The notes: generated from the sequence alone by a model not told the origin. 64,000 nucleotides of DNA from Lophium mytilinum (GCA_010093605.1 MU004199.1:248001-312000); one strand, 5' to 3'; positions 1-11,820 are shown, numbered from the stretch's first letter. Made by a program: numbers and translations.

Positions 1-626
1 GCGTGGTGGGAGATTGGAAGTCTACCAGGCTCTGCCGCTGGTGCTGATTGGAAAGATGGTGTGGAGGATGTGGAGGGCCGAGGGGTGAGGATTGCGTAGC
101 CTGGCGGAAAGTAGCCATGGTCAAGGGAACGGAATGAGTTGCTGTTCGTGGATGGGTGGAATGATGGGCTTATGAGGTTCGAAGGAACGCCTCTATAGTG
201 TTGAAAGGTTGGACGGCGACGTGTAGAGGAGGCGATTGGTGAAGACGTGAAGTTACCCACACCCAGTCTATGAGGCTGACGGTGTACGACCGGGTCTCCA
301 AGCAATAGAAGGCCCTCGGCGGCTTCAAGCTCTGCGGAAGTGTGTGATGCTGAGGCGGGGGCGTCGGCGCTGCCCTCATCGACAATAGCGTTTTGAACCG
401 TGCGGCCATTGTTACCATTCTTCGGCGCAGTGTTGCGAATGGAGTCTGTGCTAACGATGTTCGGGTTCCTGGACGCTAAGAAGTGCTTTTCTTTTGCCTG
501 GCGGGTATCGACCCTTGCGCGCTCTAAAGTCGACAGAGAGCACCGGCCTTCCTTCCCATGGAGGCGGTGGTCTTCATCTGTCATGCAAAGACCGAACATC
601 TGGTAGCCTGTGGAGTAGTCGTCCAT
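1..626 (-). CDS. Partial orphan protein running off the left edge; Ser/Pro-rich with an 'ELEAAEGLLLL' motif
   Basis: Manual translation gives a stop-free minus frame from ~848 to position 1 (MDDYSTGYQMFGLCMTDEDHRLHGKEGRCSL...SAELEAAEGLLLLGDP...). First in-frame ATG is at 626; the true start may lie upstream (ATG at 927 via an intron). Absent from the ORF track because there is no stop in the window. Confidence 0.5.
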   Translation of the reverse strand, partial: MDDYSTGYQMFGLCMTDEDHRLHGKEGRCSLSTLERARVDTRQAKEKHFLASRNPNIVSTDSIRNTAPKNGNNGRTVQNAIVDEGSADAPASASHTSAELEAAEGLLLLGDPVVHRQPHRLGVGNFTSSPIASSTRRRPTFQHYRGVPSNLISPSFHPSTNSNSFRSLDHGYFPPGYAILTPRPSTSSTPSFQSAPAAEPGRLPISHH

Positions 627-3600
627 TTGGTGGGGTTGTTGTGGTGGATTCTGCTCTTGCGGGTTGTGGAGTAACGGTTGGTTGAGGAGCGGATGATGTG
701 AGTGCTTGACTGTAGTTGTAGAAGGAGCCAGAGTAGATGTACGAAAGCGAAGGAGGCTTGACGACCACGAGATCTGGTGGTTGGAGAGTCGGTAGGTGTT
801 TGGGGGTGGAGTGAAGTGGAGGAGCAAGTGCGAGGAAGGAGAAGGTTTTTATGCCCCGAAGAGAGGTTGAGGTCGGTGAACTGGGGAGGAAGTGCTCGAT
901 CGCGGCGCATTCATGTCGTTCAGCCATGGTGAATTGCTCTTGAAGTTGCAGAAAGAGTAAGAAAACTGTTCCTGAGAATCACTGGAAGATTCAGAGCACG
1001 TTCAGCATAATGAGTAAGTGAATGTTTTGGAAGTCCCCTCCTCGTGTAGACCAAAGGAAGTGTTTCTGCCACCAGTAGAGGCGCGCTTGGGCTGCTATTA
1101 CGAGCTCAAGAGCTCAAGACACGACGTGAAGGCCAGATGTCGGGCAACAGGCTATCTCTCAGCTTCCAGGCAGCTCTTGAGTTCTCCTTGCCGAAGTTCT
1201 CGCGGTCCGTAAGCCTAATGTTGTGACAACCGCGCACTGACCCGCCCTGTCTAAGGGTATATATTTCCAACAAATGTAACGCACTTCGTCTTCGGGCATT
1301 TGGTTAATTTGGAACGATAGAGAGAAAATCAGCATGGCCCCTGCACTAAGGATGACACGCGTCGGTTAAGGGTAGCTCCAAATTTTTTTTGTCATTGTTT
1401 GGGACCAGTGAGCCGAAGTTTGAGCCTTGGAGGTCTCGGCTTTATTTTTTTTAAATCTGCTCGATTATCTATGCCCTTCTGGGAGATAACCGGCTATTCG
1501 GTTGCTTCTTGGACGTATGGCTGAAATAATTCATGTTCTTGCCCTCACCCAATTTTCCGTATGGTCCCGAATTCTTGCTTCGCTCGCGAGGGTTTTGTTA
1601 CTGCTCTCACCCTCATGTGGCCTAGAGTCTCTTCAATTTTCCGCGCCACGTCAACAGATGAGTATACCACATCTACCACAACGAATCTCTCACCAAGCAC
1701 TCCCGCGACGCGTCCAGTTCATCCAGGGTAGTGCATCATACATCATTGTACAGTTCGCAGCCATGTGTGGCCTACTCCCGGAACTCGAAGATAAAGCCCG
1801 CCAACCTTCCTGACTCGGCAATCAGAACTAGACGCGAGGGGTGCAACCTATGAGCTAACTCAATCCAGCTAGTGAGTCACGGCACCAATGCTATAGGAAC
1901 GTGGAAGATATGAAGATAACTAGAAGAGCGGCGAACATACTAACAACGTGAATATCTCAGACTGCTAATGCATTACAAGAGCTCGAGCATTGCGACGTAT
2001 CTTTGCTGCCCGCAGCCTCAGAGACAGGCGTTAGAGACTTAAAGAAGCTAGCTATTCCATAAGCTCAACCGAGTATGAGGCCTGTGGCAGCTCGACATAC
2101 TACACGACTCACATAATCTACGACACCGTTGCCAACCTCCACGGCGGCCCTCGAATCTCTTCCCTCGTTTATCCATGACAGCCCCTTGCCTCGGTGGTGC
2201 CAGCACCCGATATTCAGCCCATGACATGGCCAACGATATTCCATGATTGCGACAAGGCGTGGACAAGCGAATTGGGCCATTGACGCCGTATACTCCGCAT
2301 TAGGCCATCTGGCGCCGCCTGCCGACCTCGAAGCCAAACATCAGTGGAGAGGCGAGTGATGGAGGGTGTCTATAATACCGTGATGACTACATAGGGACGA
2401 CTGTCTTGCGGCACTGAAGGAAACCGAAGCGCCCAAGGCCCGGAGGCACTGTCACTGACACACCGTTCTACTTACCGGCCCATTATACCAACGAAGATAA
2501 TACCGTCTCGTCGACTAGGTCCGCCCGGCTCGATGGATTTGTCTACCCGACGTCAGCGGACGACCTTCATGCAGAAAGATCGAGAGGAGGGAAAGGATAG
2601 ACTCAATATCGCAAACAAGTCAACGCAGGCAGGCCGTCGTTCAACGTTCTCGTCACCTGCTAGCGTTACCGCCGAAGACATGATAGTCTCATCATTCCTA
2701 GCAGCCTGTGCCGCCGACCAGCCCGCCCGACCTTAACGGCTAACCTTATTACGAAATATTCGAAGAGGGAGCACGGTGGACCCCTTACCAAGACAAACGA
2801 GAATGAGCCTGAAGATCCTTTATCGCAAGCAAGCACATACAAGAATTCATCAAAGGTGGTTTCCCCACATCGGCCCATCTATAGATGCTGTAAACGTAGA
2901 CCCGGGCTCGCATCTTGGAGTACTCTGCTTGCATTAATATTTGATTTACGAAGAGTTTATTGTAAACATTTCAGTTTTGGGAGGGCACCGGCGCTATTGC
3001 GGCCAATTTCAGGAGCAGTGCAGAGAGTTCGACAGCGAATTGGCGACTATGGTGCGGAATACGTCGAGTCGTCAACTTCTTGCGACGTGCTAGATGCTGT
3101 GGTCGTACCCTTTTGACAAGGCATCTACACCATGACATGCCCGGGAACTACTAGAGCGATCCTCGCAAGGTCTACCTACTTAACTCGTCCAGTCGTTTAT
3201 CGCTTCTTCTAATTGGCTATCTAGCGAGGCTCAGCATCCGCGTGTCTCAGCCTCAGCCCTACGGCACTGCCACCGCAGATCGACAGCCCAATCACAATCG
3301 AGTTTGTACGGCACTCTTTTGCGAAGCCTCTATGGCTGATGACGTTGAAAACACAGCGCTCAACACTACCGTACAGAACTCGTCGTACTGGCTCTCAACC
3401 ACTCTCATTAGCGCTCACAGCCCCGCCACTCGCAAGATGAGGAGCGCAATAAACGAGCACCATAGGCAATCACCTTCTATAAGAAGACCTCTCCCTCCAT
3501 TCTGCTAACACTCATCATCAGCCAGCTCAACTCCAACTCGAACACATCATTCATACACTTCAACTCGATTATATCCCGAAACTCAAGCCAAATCCGCTCG

Positions 3601-3656
3601 ATCCAACCCATCCTTCTCTCTCTCTCTCTTACCAAATCAACCACCCCCTACCAACA

Positions 3657-3884
3657 ATGGCCTACATCAAGCTCGGACTCGTCGCTCTCGGTGCCTACGC
3701 CTTGGGCAAGAAGAAGGCCAGAGACACCAGCCCACCTCCGCCCGCGCGCTACGAAGAACCGGCCCGGCAAGCCGATTACGGCTACGGTCCGCCTCGATAC
3801 CAGGAGTCTTCACGCTACCCTGAGTCTGCAAGATACCAGGAGGAGCCCCAACAGCTTCGCTATCCGGCCGATGCTAAGCAATAG
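3657..3884 (+). CDS. Small 75-aa protein: hydrophobic N-terminal segment followed by Pro/Tyr/Gln-rich RY-x repeats
   Basis: Strong CCAACAATGG start context, CT/CA-rich leader, TATAAG at ~3478, C-ending codon bias, and repeated ARYEE/PRYQE/SRYPE/ARYQE/LRYPA motifs. Confidence 0.6.
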   Translation: MAYIKLGLVALGAYALGKKKARDTSPPPPARYEEPARQADYGYGPPRYQESSRYPESARYQEEPQQLRYPADAKQ

Positions 3885-4662
3885 ATTCAGTCGAAGGGAA
3901 TAGTCTTTGCAAAGGATTATGGAGGATCGTGAGGGTGTCGGCGGATTTGCCTAGGCTCTTATGTGTGGGATTAGGGGAGGGTGGATTTGTACTCGCTACA
4001 TATACTAGGTCGGCCTTTTTTATTAGATGAAATTCATTGAGTTTGGTTTTACGAAATTCTCTTCAGACTAGGCCGGGAAGGTAGCCTGCTGTTTGCATGG
4101 GGGCTCCCCAAGGTCGAGGTCTGTAATTGACGGCCTCGTGGCGCAGAGCACGTCGCTACTGCCGCCGAAGTCGATCTCTCAAAGCCTAACTTTCCTAGCA
4201 CAATCTTCGAAGAACCCTGATTGGGCGTTTGGGAGATTCAAGTAAAGAAATCTGTACACCACATCCGAGACATAGCTATGCTCCTCAGCTTTCATCCGGA
4301 TAGACGGATCGATTGTAGCTCCGATGGTCTAAAATGGAAGTACGGAGCGAGAACAATCATCAGAGTAAAGGGACCTTCAAATGCACGTATGGAAAGAAAC
4401 GAATTCGGAAGAATTTCGCGGAGTTTCTAGGGCAGCATCCTTGAGGGCTCCTTGATTGATATGACAAGCAGCCCATCCATGGTAGGGCGAATAAACTCAC
4501 TAGAAAACAGCAAACCTCCTGATTCTGGTTGATTTAAACCACGGCCGTCATCTACTGGCGCATCATCCTTCTCTTCGAAAGCACCTCTTCAACTTCTCAG
4601 CTACAAATCGAGCTTTCAACCGCCATAACATACCTTGACCTTGACTTTCTGCACCCATCACC

Positions 4663-6042
4663 ATGGTGACCAAGCGAGGCAAAGGTAAGGCACCGGCTAA
4701 GAAAGGAGTCGCGACGAAAGCCAGCACGAGATCGGCCGGGTAGAGCTCGGCACCCAACACCACGCCAGCCGCAGAACAGTCGAAACCATTTAAGCAGATC
4801 ATTGAAGAAGCAAATATCCTACAAGAGATCAAAGACAGCCTCAACTTGTCCGTCGCAGCTAGAGCTAAACAGTCCCCCGAGTATCCGATTGAGGGCATCA
4901 TCTTGGAGCAGAAATACCCAGGATTTTCAAATTAACCATCGGATCTCTTGGTTCATTGGAAAGATAGCTGGGCTTCCGAAGAGACAAGAAAGAAGATTTT
5001 GCCCGACTGGAACAGTATCAAGGAAGATGAAGACGATTTTGGCGAGCCGCTTGTTGATACGAGCATCGCGAACTTAATCATCAACAAGGAATACCTTGTC
5101 CCGGAATCAGCGGGCGGCATCAAATTGCATGAGTCTACCAGGAAATCACTCACCAAGGTACAAGATTTTCACCCCGACGGGATATACTCTTTCGAGTTAC
5201 TGCGAAGGCACCTGCAATCTATCACTACCCTTCAGGAGCAATATCGCTGGATGCTAAAGGAGCATGGGGAATTGAGGAGGAACACTGCGACACTAGATGA
5301 TGCCGGGGGAGAGAGTTCGGAGTCCCACCAGAGCTCGGATAGTCTGACTGCTTCTCTTAAGCAACTCCTGGAGCGCATACTGATCGCGTGCCATACAATG
5401 GAAGTGTGGAGCCCAGAGAACGCGAAGGGCCAGTACGAATTTGCCCAGGACGAAGCGACTCAGGATGTCGTAAAGAACAGCAAGTACAAGAGTGTCGAAG
5501 ACGCGATCTTCCAAGCCTGGGCTACACTTGAAGAGAGTTTTGAAAACAATGTAGAGACCGCTTTCGCAGGCTACGCTAACGTCCAGCTTGTGTACAGCCC
5601 AAGCCCTGCTGTGAAAGCTGATGGAGTCCTCGACTTGGGATCTTTAGTCCAAATAATGTGGAAACATCCTGTTCGGACCTTGGATGGAAAGGAACTGAAA
5701 GATGTACCGGACTTATTGCTCACCGACGTTCAAATTGCCAAAGACTGGAGTGGGAAAGCAGAAAGGATTGCGCGTTATGCGCCTCATAAGCTGCGCGACG
5801 ATAATCCAACGTTTCTATTCGTTAGATTGTTTTTCACGACAGTGGAAATTGAGCAGATCTGTTCGGCTCAAGGGGTGCAGTTGGAGAACAAATGGCTCGA
5901 TCACTGTGAGAGAATGCTTCTGGCAAGTCTGCCATATGGAGACGAGGATCGCAGACTGCGAGCCTTGAGGGTACCCTTGACAAATTGCATGTCCACATGG
6001 AGAAGCTTCTGGTATCCAAGAAGAACAGAGCGCCCCTGGTAG
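4663..6042 (+). pseudogene. Orphan gene with chromodomain-like N-terminus and an unknown C-terminal domain, interrupted by two in-frame stops
   Basis: ATG at 4663 (ACCATGG) is in frame with ORF 4948-6042. Stops TAG at 4741 and TAA at 4933 are each one C>T change from CAG/CAA (RIP-type). Read-through gives EYPIEGII...DLLVHWKDSW. Confidence 0.55.
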
Positions 6043-6769
6043 GAGTGCCTCGGAGACGGTCAAGCAGGCTGAACCCAGAAGAAGCTTGAAAGCGAAAGAT
6101 CTGCCTTGGTCTCGGGGGTTTCTAGGTCGACCTTGAAAGCGCCGGAGCACAGAGCTGGTGCAAGGGAGATTTGCTTCATTGCTACACAGGCTCGTAAATT
6201 CTGTGCAGTGTCCTCAAATTGTAACTAGAATCTTTTCTCAATCAACACTGAGATGCACTCTACGTATTTGCCGAAACTTAGATGTCAGTAGTGACATTTT
6301 CATTTTTCTCGCCTTCGAAACGGGAAGAGACCCACCCTAACACAAACCAATTATCTGCCTCCGGATGATTCGGATTCTTTCCGATTGCGTCATTGAGATT
6401 GTGAAAGCAGGATTTTACTGAGCAAGGAGTACATACATTGCCAAGTTCAATCCCCGCAATCATAAAGATTGGAAGCGTAACACAAAAATGTCGGAGAATC
6501 CGTATGACTACAGCTAGTGGAGTCTTCTTGAGCTTACAGCAGAACTAGAGGGGGTTATCGTCTTTGTCTTGTGTCTTGTATCTAGCCTAAATCTTATTCC
6601 TTTCGATGTATCCTCAGTCATCGTGACTGGGGCGGGACATGTGGCTCAAAGACCAGTGGAGGCTAGCGTTTGTTTTGGAGGGGTGGTGACGCTGTAAGAG
6701 GTGCCCTCGTGTGCTTACATATTTTCAGGCGACTGCGTATGCTCCAGCCTAAACATTACACAGTGCAAA

Positions 6770-7450
6770 TCTGACTACTATCTGCTTGACCAAAGACATG
6801 CTACTTGAGGTACTTCTTACAGTGGTGTCTAGGCGGCAAAAGAGGCGCTTAAACATATCTGGTTATGGTCAATAGACAATTTCAAACTCGAGATATGATG
6901 ATAAACTCTATGCAGTACGAATCGGGCTACTCTTTGCTTGACCAAATGCATACTACTTGAAGTACTCCTTACAGCGGTATTCAGACGGCAAAAGAGGAGC
7001 TTAAGTACATCTGATTAGAGGTATTAGACGTTTCAAAAGTCAAGATAGGATGATAAACTCCATGCAGTGGAATTCGGGCTACCTTCTGACGGATCCATTA
7101 TGTATCAGCTAAGGGAATCCTTGCAGTGGTTGTCGGACGGCAAAAGAGAAGCTTAAGTACATCTGATTAGAGGTATTAGCCGTTTCAAAAGTCAAGATAG
7201 GATGATGAACTCCATGCAGTGGAAATCGGGCTACCTTCTGACGGATCGAAGATGTACTATCTAGGGGACTCCTCACAGTGGCGTCAAGCAAGTAAAACTA
7301 AAGGGTGAGCTGGGAGATACCCGTGCGCGAAGGAAAAATACCACACAGTGGGAATAATGCTAACTTTTGGCGGAACGACAATACACTAGTCAGAGGACTC
7401 CATACAGTGGTATTAAAAAGGAAAAAGTAGAGCTTAAGATGTGAGATATC
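6770..7450. repeat. Degenerate tandem array, 152-bp period, ~4-5 units
   Basis: CGGCAAAAGAG-x-GCTTAA recurs at 6834, 6986 and 7138 (152-bp steps). The CTCCTTACAGTGG-like core recurs at ~6812, 6964, 7117, 7269 and 7398. Confidence 0.85.
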
Positions 7451-7813
7451 TATGTGCCTAATTACTGGCCCAATACTGTGTGCAGAGCCGCATTCAGTCT
7501 CCTATTAGTATGTCCCACTTGACTGTCTTCGGCTAGGCCAGCTAGAGTTGAACAAGATGTTAATTTATAGAGGGTTTGAATTGAATAAGGTCAAATTATC
7601 ACACTTTTGTAGGCTAAGAGCACCATTTGAGGTGGCCCGACGGCCTCTGAAAACTCGTTCCAAAGCCTATCATGCACTCCTAACTCCCGCAATTGTACCC
7701 TATCTGATGTCAGAGCTCCTCATCATCATCATCAGCCTCGTCGTCGCCTTTTTCGTCACCATCACCATCCTCCCCGTGCCCCTTCCCAGCCACAACGCTG
7801 CAGTTCTGATGCT

Positions 7814-8530
7814 TCAGGTGCCAGTTGACGTCAGAGCCTTGGCACGCTCGTCTTTCTCCGCCGCTGTCATCTCCGGAGGATCGGTACATCTGTCCCAAGC
7901 CTCACGTTTGTGATAGTTCAGCATGCTCAATGAGGTGTAGGCAATGCCGCAGTCATAGCATCTGAACTTGGGAGCCGTCTGGGAAAGTGCAGTCTGTCTA
8001 GGCTGGTGACCGAGTCGCGGGACTGTTCCAATAGGCGTGGGTGGAGTGGTTGGAGTAGTGGGCAAGGACGGAAACATGGTGCTGGTGCAAGTCTTCGAGT
8101 GGAAGTTAAGGTTGTTCGTGTTGCGGCATCCCTTCCCGCACTTCGGGCATTTGTGGACCATGAACTGCTCGTCGCGCTCGTCCTTCTCCTCTTCCGTCAT
8201 GTCTGGTGGGTCTGTACACCGGTTTCTCGCCTCTTCGAGGTGGTATCTGAGCCGCTCCCTCGAGACATACTTTTTCTCGCAGTTTGAGCATGTGAAGGTC
8301 CGCTTCTTCTGTCCCGTAGAATTGGTGCTGCTGGTCGCGCCTCGACGATTTGCCAGGTCGGCGTGAGATTGCCGCAGCAGAGCTGGTGAAGTCGGTGCTT
8401 GAAAATCGGGGAACATATCGGGGAACAAATGGGGGAATAAGTGTTCGAGACCTTTCAACGGGGCACGGTGGAATTCTCTGATAGCGTCCCGGGCGTCCTG
8501 CTCGCGGGCAGCCTGATCGTCTTCGTCCAT
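7814..8530 (-). CDS. C2HC/C2H2-type zinc-finger protein with three fingers and an internal duplication; probably frameshifted at the 3' end
   Basis: Fingers CSNC..YH..C, CPKC..FH..C and CYDC..YH..C. Duplicated linker CTDPPDMTEEEKDER / CTDPPEMTAAEKDER. Confidence 0.75.
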   Translation of the reverse strand: MDEDDQAAREQDARDAIREFHRAPLKGLEHLFPHLFPDMFPDFQAPTSPALLRQSHADLANRRGATSSTNSTGQKKRTFTCSNCEKKYVSRERLRYHLEEARNRCTDPPDMTEEEKDERDEQFMVHKCPKCGKGCRNTNNLNFHSKTCTSTMFPSLPTTPTTPPTPIGTVPRLGHQPRQTALSQTAPKFRCYDCGIAYTSLSMLNYHKREAWDRCTDPPEMTAAEKDERAKALTSTGT

Positions 8531-8699
8531 ATCGAATTGGGTGGTGGTGAAGATGGGTGTGAGGGAGTGTCTTGGAGAAGGTACACCTCACGAATTTGCG
8601 AGGAGGAGGTTTAAATTGCCAGTGGGGGGCGACAATCTAGATTCTGGCGGTGAATTCCTTCTAGACGCTACCCTCCGATCCATGACATCTAATCCTGCA

Positions 8700-9710
8700 A
8701 TTCTCACCTATCTGGGCCACCCCTGACACCGGCAAGCACATGGAAAGACGGCGGTTTCACACTCTTTTCAATATGAAGCCTTAAGTTTTTTACATTCTAT
8801 TTGTTACTTTACGCCCTTTTAGGCCACCCTTTGCACTTGTATACATCTAGAAAACGCTTCCTATTCCGTCACATGCGATTCACGCCCTCGAAACCGCTAC
8901 ATCCTACCCTGTAATCTTTTACCTATCCAGGCCACCTCTAATGCTGGTAAGGGCCTAGACACTTCATAGTTTCATACTTCTTCTAATATAAAGCCTCGAA
9001 ACTTTAACATTTGCCTGAAATTCTTTGAACACGTGAGGGCACCTCTGACGCGGGCAAGCACCTGGAAATATCGTAGTCTCATACTCCTTCCAATATGAAG
9101 CTTCGGAACCTTAACATCCGGCTGAAGATCTTTGAACACATGGGGCCACCTCTAACACTGGCAATCTCCTAGAAGTATTATAGGGCAGCGCTCCTCCTAA
9201 TATAAACTCTCCAAACATTTAAGAATTCGCTTGAAAATACTCGAGCACGCGAGGGTACCTCTTACAGCGTCACGATTCCTCCAAAATAAACACTAGGCTT
9301 CATGCAGTTCGCGTCCTCGAGTCCCTTACATCTTGTTCTGCAGTTTTTCGCCTATGTAGGCCACCTCCAACGCTGGCAAGCACCTGGAAATATCGTTGTT
9401 TAGAACCCTCTCCAATACGAACTCTTTGCAACTTGACATCCGCTTGAGAATCTTTGGGCACGTGAGGGCACCTCTTGAAGCGTCATTAGCCCTCCAAAAC
9501 AACACCTCCGTTCTAATTATTCCGACGTTTATCACCTATTTAGGCCACCCCAGACGCTGGCAACCACCTGGAGATATTGTATTCTAGGACTCCTCCCAAT
9601 ATAAACCTTCTGAAACTTGACATCCGCCTAAGAATATTTGAGCACGTGAGGGCACCTCTTACAGCGCTATTACTCCTTCAAAACAATACCAACCTTCCAA
9701 TTTTAACATC
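8700..9710. repeat. Degenerate tandem array, ~107-bp period, ~10 units
   Basis: RGGSCACCYC... core at ~8714, 8821, 8929, 9036, 9143, 9252, 9358, 9465, 9542 (short unit) and 9649. Confidence 0.85.
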
Positions 9711-9867
9711 AAAATCAATCACATTTACACGAGGATTCAGATCAGAAGTAAGAAATCATGTCATTGACTGCACGTTCGGCCCCATTGAAGCCGGAAAGAA
9801 CCACTATCTACTCCACCAAAACTCCTCTCGCTGCATGCTGATTTGAAGCCCGTTCCAAACAGGACAA

Positions 9868-11175
9868 CTACTGACCAGAAGAACCAGGGGGAGGAGGGGG
9901 CACGCTCTCGGAACCAGAAGCACCAGAAGCACCATTGGTGCCAGAAGCAGAAGCACCGCCAACACCACCAACACCGCCATATCCGAAGAAACCGCCATAT
10001 CCGCCCGACGCCTGACCGAAAGAACCCCCAATCGCACCGGGAGCCTGCGCCACGCTTCCGCCCAAAGAACCGCTTCCGTTGCTTCCAGCACCATTCGTCC
10101 ACGCCGCCGCGCCGTTCTGGGGAGTTGTTGAGGCGGAAGCGGCCGACTTGCGGTACTGGCGGGGACGCGTCGTCTTGCCCTTGGGGCCAGCAACCGCCTT
10201 GATCTTCTTCTGCAGCTCGTTGGCCGCCGAGTCGAACCCCCACTTGTCCTCTTGGGTCAGCCAGCCTAGCAGATGTTTCATCAGTTCTGACTTGCGGTGG
10301 CTCATCGTGGAGCCCTCGACGCGGATGCCGCTGTTGGCGAAGCGCGCGCAGATTTCACTGCGCGGGACGATGAGGAGGACGATGAGGAGGGATATGTTGT
10401 CATTGTCCAGGAGGTGTGGGGCGAAGTCGATGATTTCATGGCCGTGGCGTTGGATTTCCAGCAGGCGGTGGGGGTCCGTGGCGTGCAGGATCTCGAACGC
10501 TGTGTCCCACGGCCGTGTCATGTCCTTGCACATGTGGTGTTCCAATTGGTACGCCACGCTCTCCACAGAGATCCGGTAGATGTTGTTGCGATTAATCGCA
10601 TTAGTAGCGTCCGAGGACACGGTGCCGGGGACGTAGATGACCTCGATGTCATCAAATGGCGCCTCGCGTTCGACCGCTTTGCCTTTGCCCTTTGCAGGGT
10701 CTTTCGCCGCTGTGGACTCTTCCGCCTCTGTATCGCGCATTGCTTGATCTTGGAGGGCCTGCTCGTCGGTGGTGGGGGTAGGGGGTGTGGCGGCGGCAGG
10801 GGCGGCTTGCTGCTTCAGCTCCTCTCGGGCAGCTTTGATGGCATCGACAGGGGCCATGAAGCCGAATGTTTGCGCCAAAGCCTGCGAGTCCGGAGCCCAC
10901 TCGAACCTGGAGAGCTTGCGTTCGACGTCTTGCGGCCGAATCCATTTCTGCAGCCACGGCTGCTCGGCCATGATGTAGCATAAGACACGGGTCAGTGCCT
11001 TCTGCTGCTTCTCTCCCGGGCTGAGGGTGGCGCCAGCAGGGTAGTAGAGCGCCTCCGTGATGGAATGTGCCTGCTTGATGATGCGGCACCGGTCGTTGTA
11101 GGTCGGCTCTCTGCCGTTGGGCAGCTGCTCCAACAACGAGGCGAAGGACCCCAAGAATGAGTCGTCCCACGGCAT
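9868..11175 (-). CDS. Intronless orphan protein (~435 aa) with a Gly-rich C-terminal tail; paralogue of the 4663-6042 gene
   Basis: Long GC-rich ORF. The first ATG at 11175 has CCAACAATG context (MPWDDSFLGS...). It shares an APHxLxxDN...EI...G..E block with 4948-6042. Confidence 0.75.
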   Translation of the reverse strand: MPWDDSFLGSFASLLEQLPNGREPTYNDRCRIIKQAHSITEALYYPAGATLSPGEKQQKALTRVLCYIMAEQPWLQKWIRPQDVERKLSRFEWAPDSQALAQTFGFMAPVDAIKAAREELKQQAAPAAATPPTPTTDEQALQDQAMRDTEAEESTAAKDPAKGKGKAVEREAPFDDIEVIYVPGTVSSDATNAINRNNIYRISVESVAYQLEHHMCKDMTRPWDTAFEILHATDPHRLLEIQRHGHEIIDFAPHLLDNDNISLLIVLLIVPRSEICARFANSGIRVEGSTMSHRKSELMKHLLGWLTQEDKWGFDSAANELQKKIKAVAGPKGKTTRPRQYRKSAASASTTPQNGAAAWTNGAGSNGSGSLGGSVAQAPGAIGGSFGQASGGYGGFFGYGGVGGVGGASASGTNGASGASGSESVPPPPPGSSGQ

Positions 11176-11359
11176 TGTTGGCCGGGCTGTATGCTGAATT
11201 AGCGGTGTGACGGGACATTGATGAATCTTGATGAATCTTGGACTCACAGGATGACTGCGCCGCTTGGGCGACCTGCGAGGAGGGTGCGAGCGGGCTGGGG
11301 GCAATGGTGCTCATTATGAAGGCTGTTGGAGCGGAAGTCGTCGTGCTGGTGGAGCAGTG

Positions 11360-11820
11360 CAAGCTGATGAAGGAGGAGAGGTGGAGAAAGGTTGATGGCT
11401 GATGGAAGAGGCCGGAGGTGGATGAGACGAGTTTGGAAGTAGATATCGAGAGGTAGGCTGCCGGCGGAGCAGGTCAGGTGCTCAGTTCAACGGGAATTGT
11501 AGAGCAGATGGAGCAGGGCAAGTTGATGAAGACAGAGAGATGGAAGAAGGTGGGTGGGGGATGGAAGAAGGCCGCTGGTGGAAGAGACGAGGTTGGAAGA
11601 AGATATAGTGAGGAAAGCGGCCAGCGGGGCAAGCCAGGTGCTCAGATAGGCCGCGAATTGTATATCTGATGGAGCAGAGATGGAGTAGAGCTAGAGCAGA
11701 GCGAGTTTGATGAAGGAAGAGAGGTGGAGGAAGGTTGGTGTTGATGGTAGAAGGTGGAGGTGGAAGAGACGAAGTTGGAAGTAGATGGGCGGTGAGCGGG
11801 GCAGGTCAAGGGCTGAGGTG
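11360..11820. repeat. Purine-rich triplication (~120-bp core, 160-185 bp spacing) upstream of the 11175 gene
   Basis: GATGAAG..AGAG.TGGA..AAGGT...GGTGGAWGAGACGA..TTGGAAG.AGAT...GC.G.GCA.G.CA starts at ~11366, ~11525 and ~11709. Confidence 0.8.

Noticed and set aside
4132..4200. tRNA-like start GGCCTCGTGGCGCAG
   Set aside because: No T-arm/GTTCGA and no complementary acceptor stem downstream.
9396..9846. Two similar short ORFs (LDIRLRIFxHVRAPL)
   Set aside because: They are translations of the 107-bp repeat, with non-ATG starts and a frame that changes between units.
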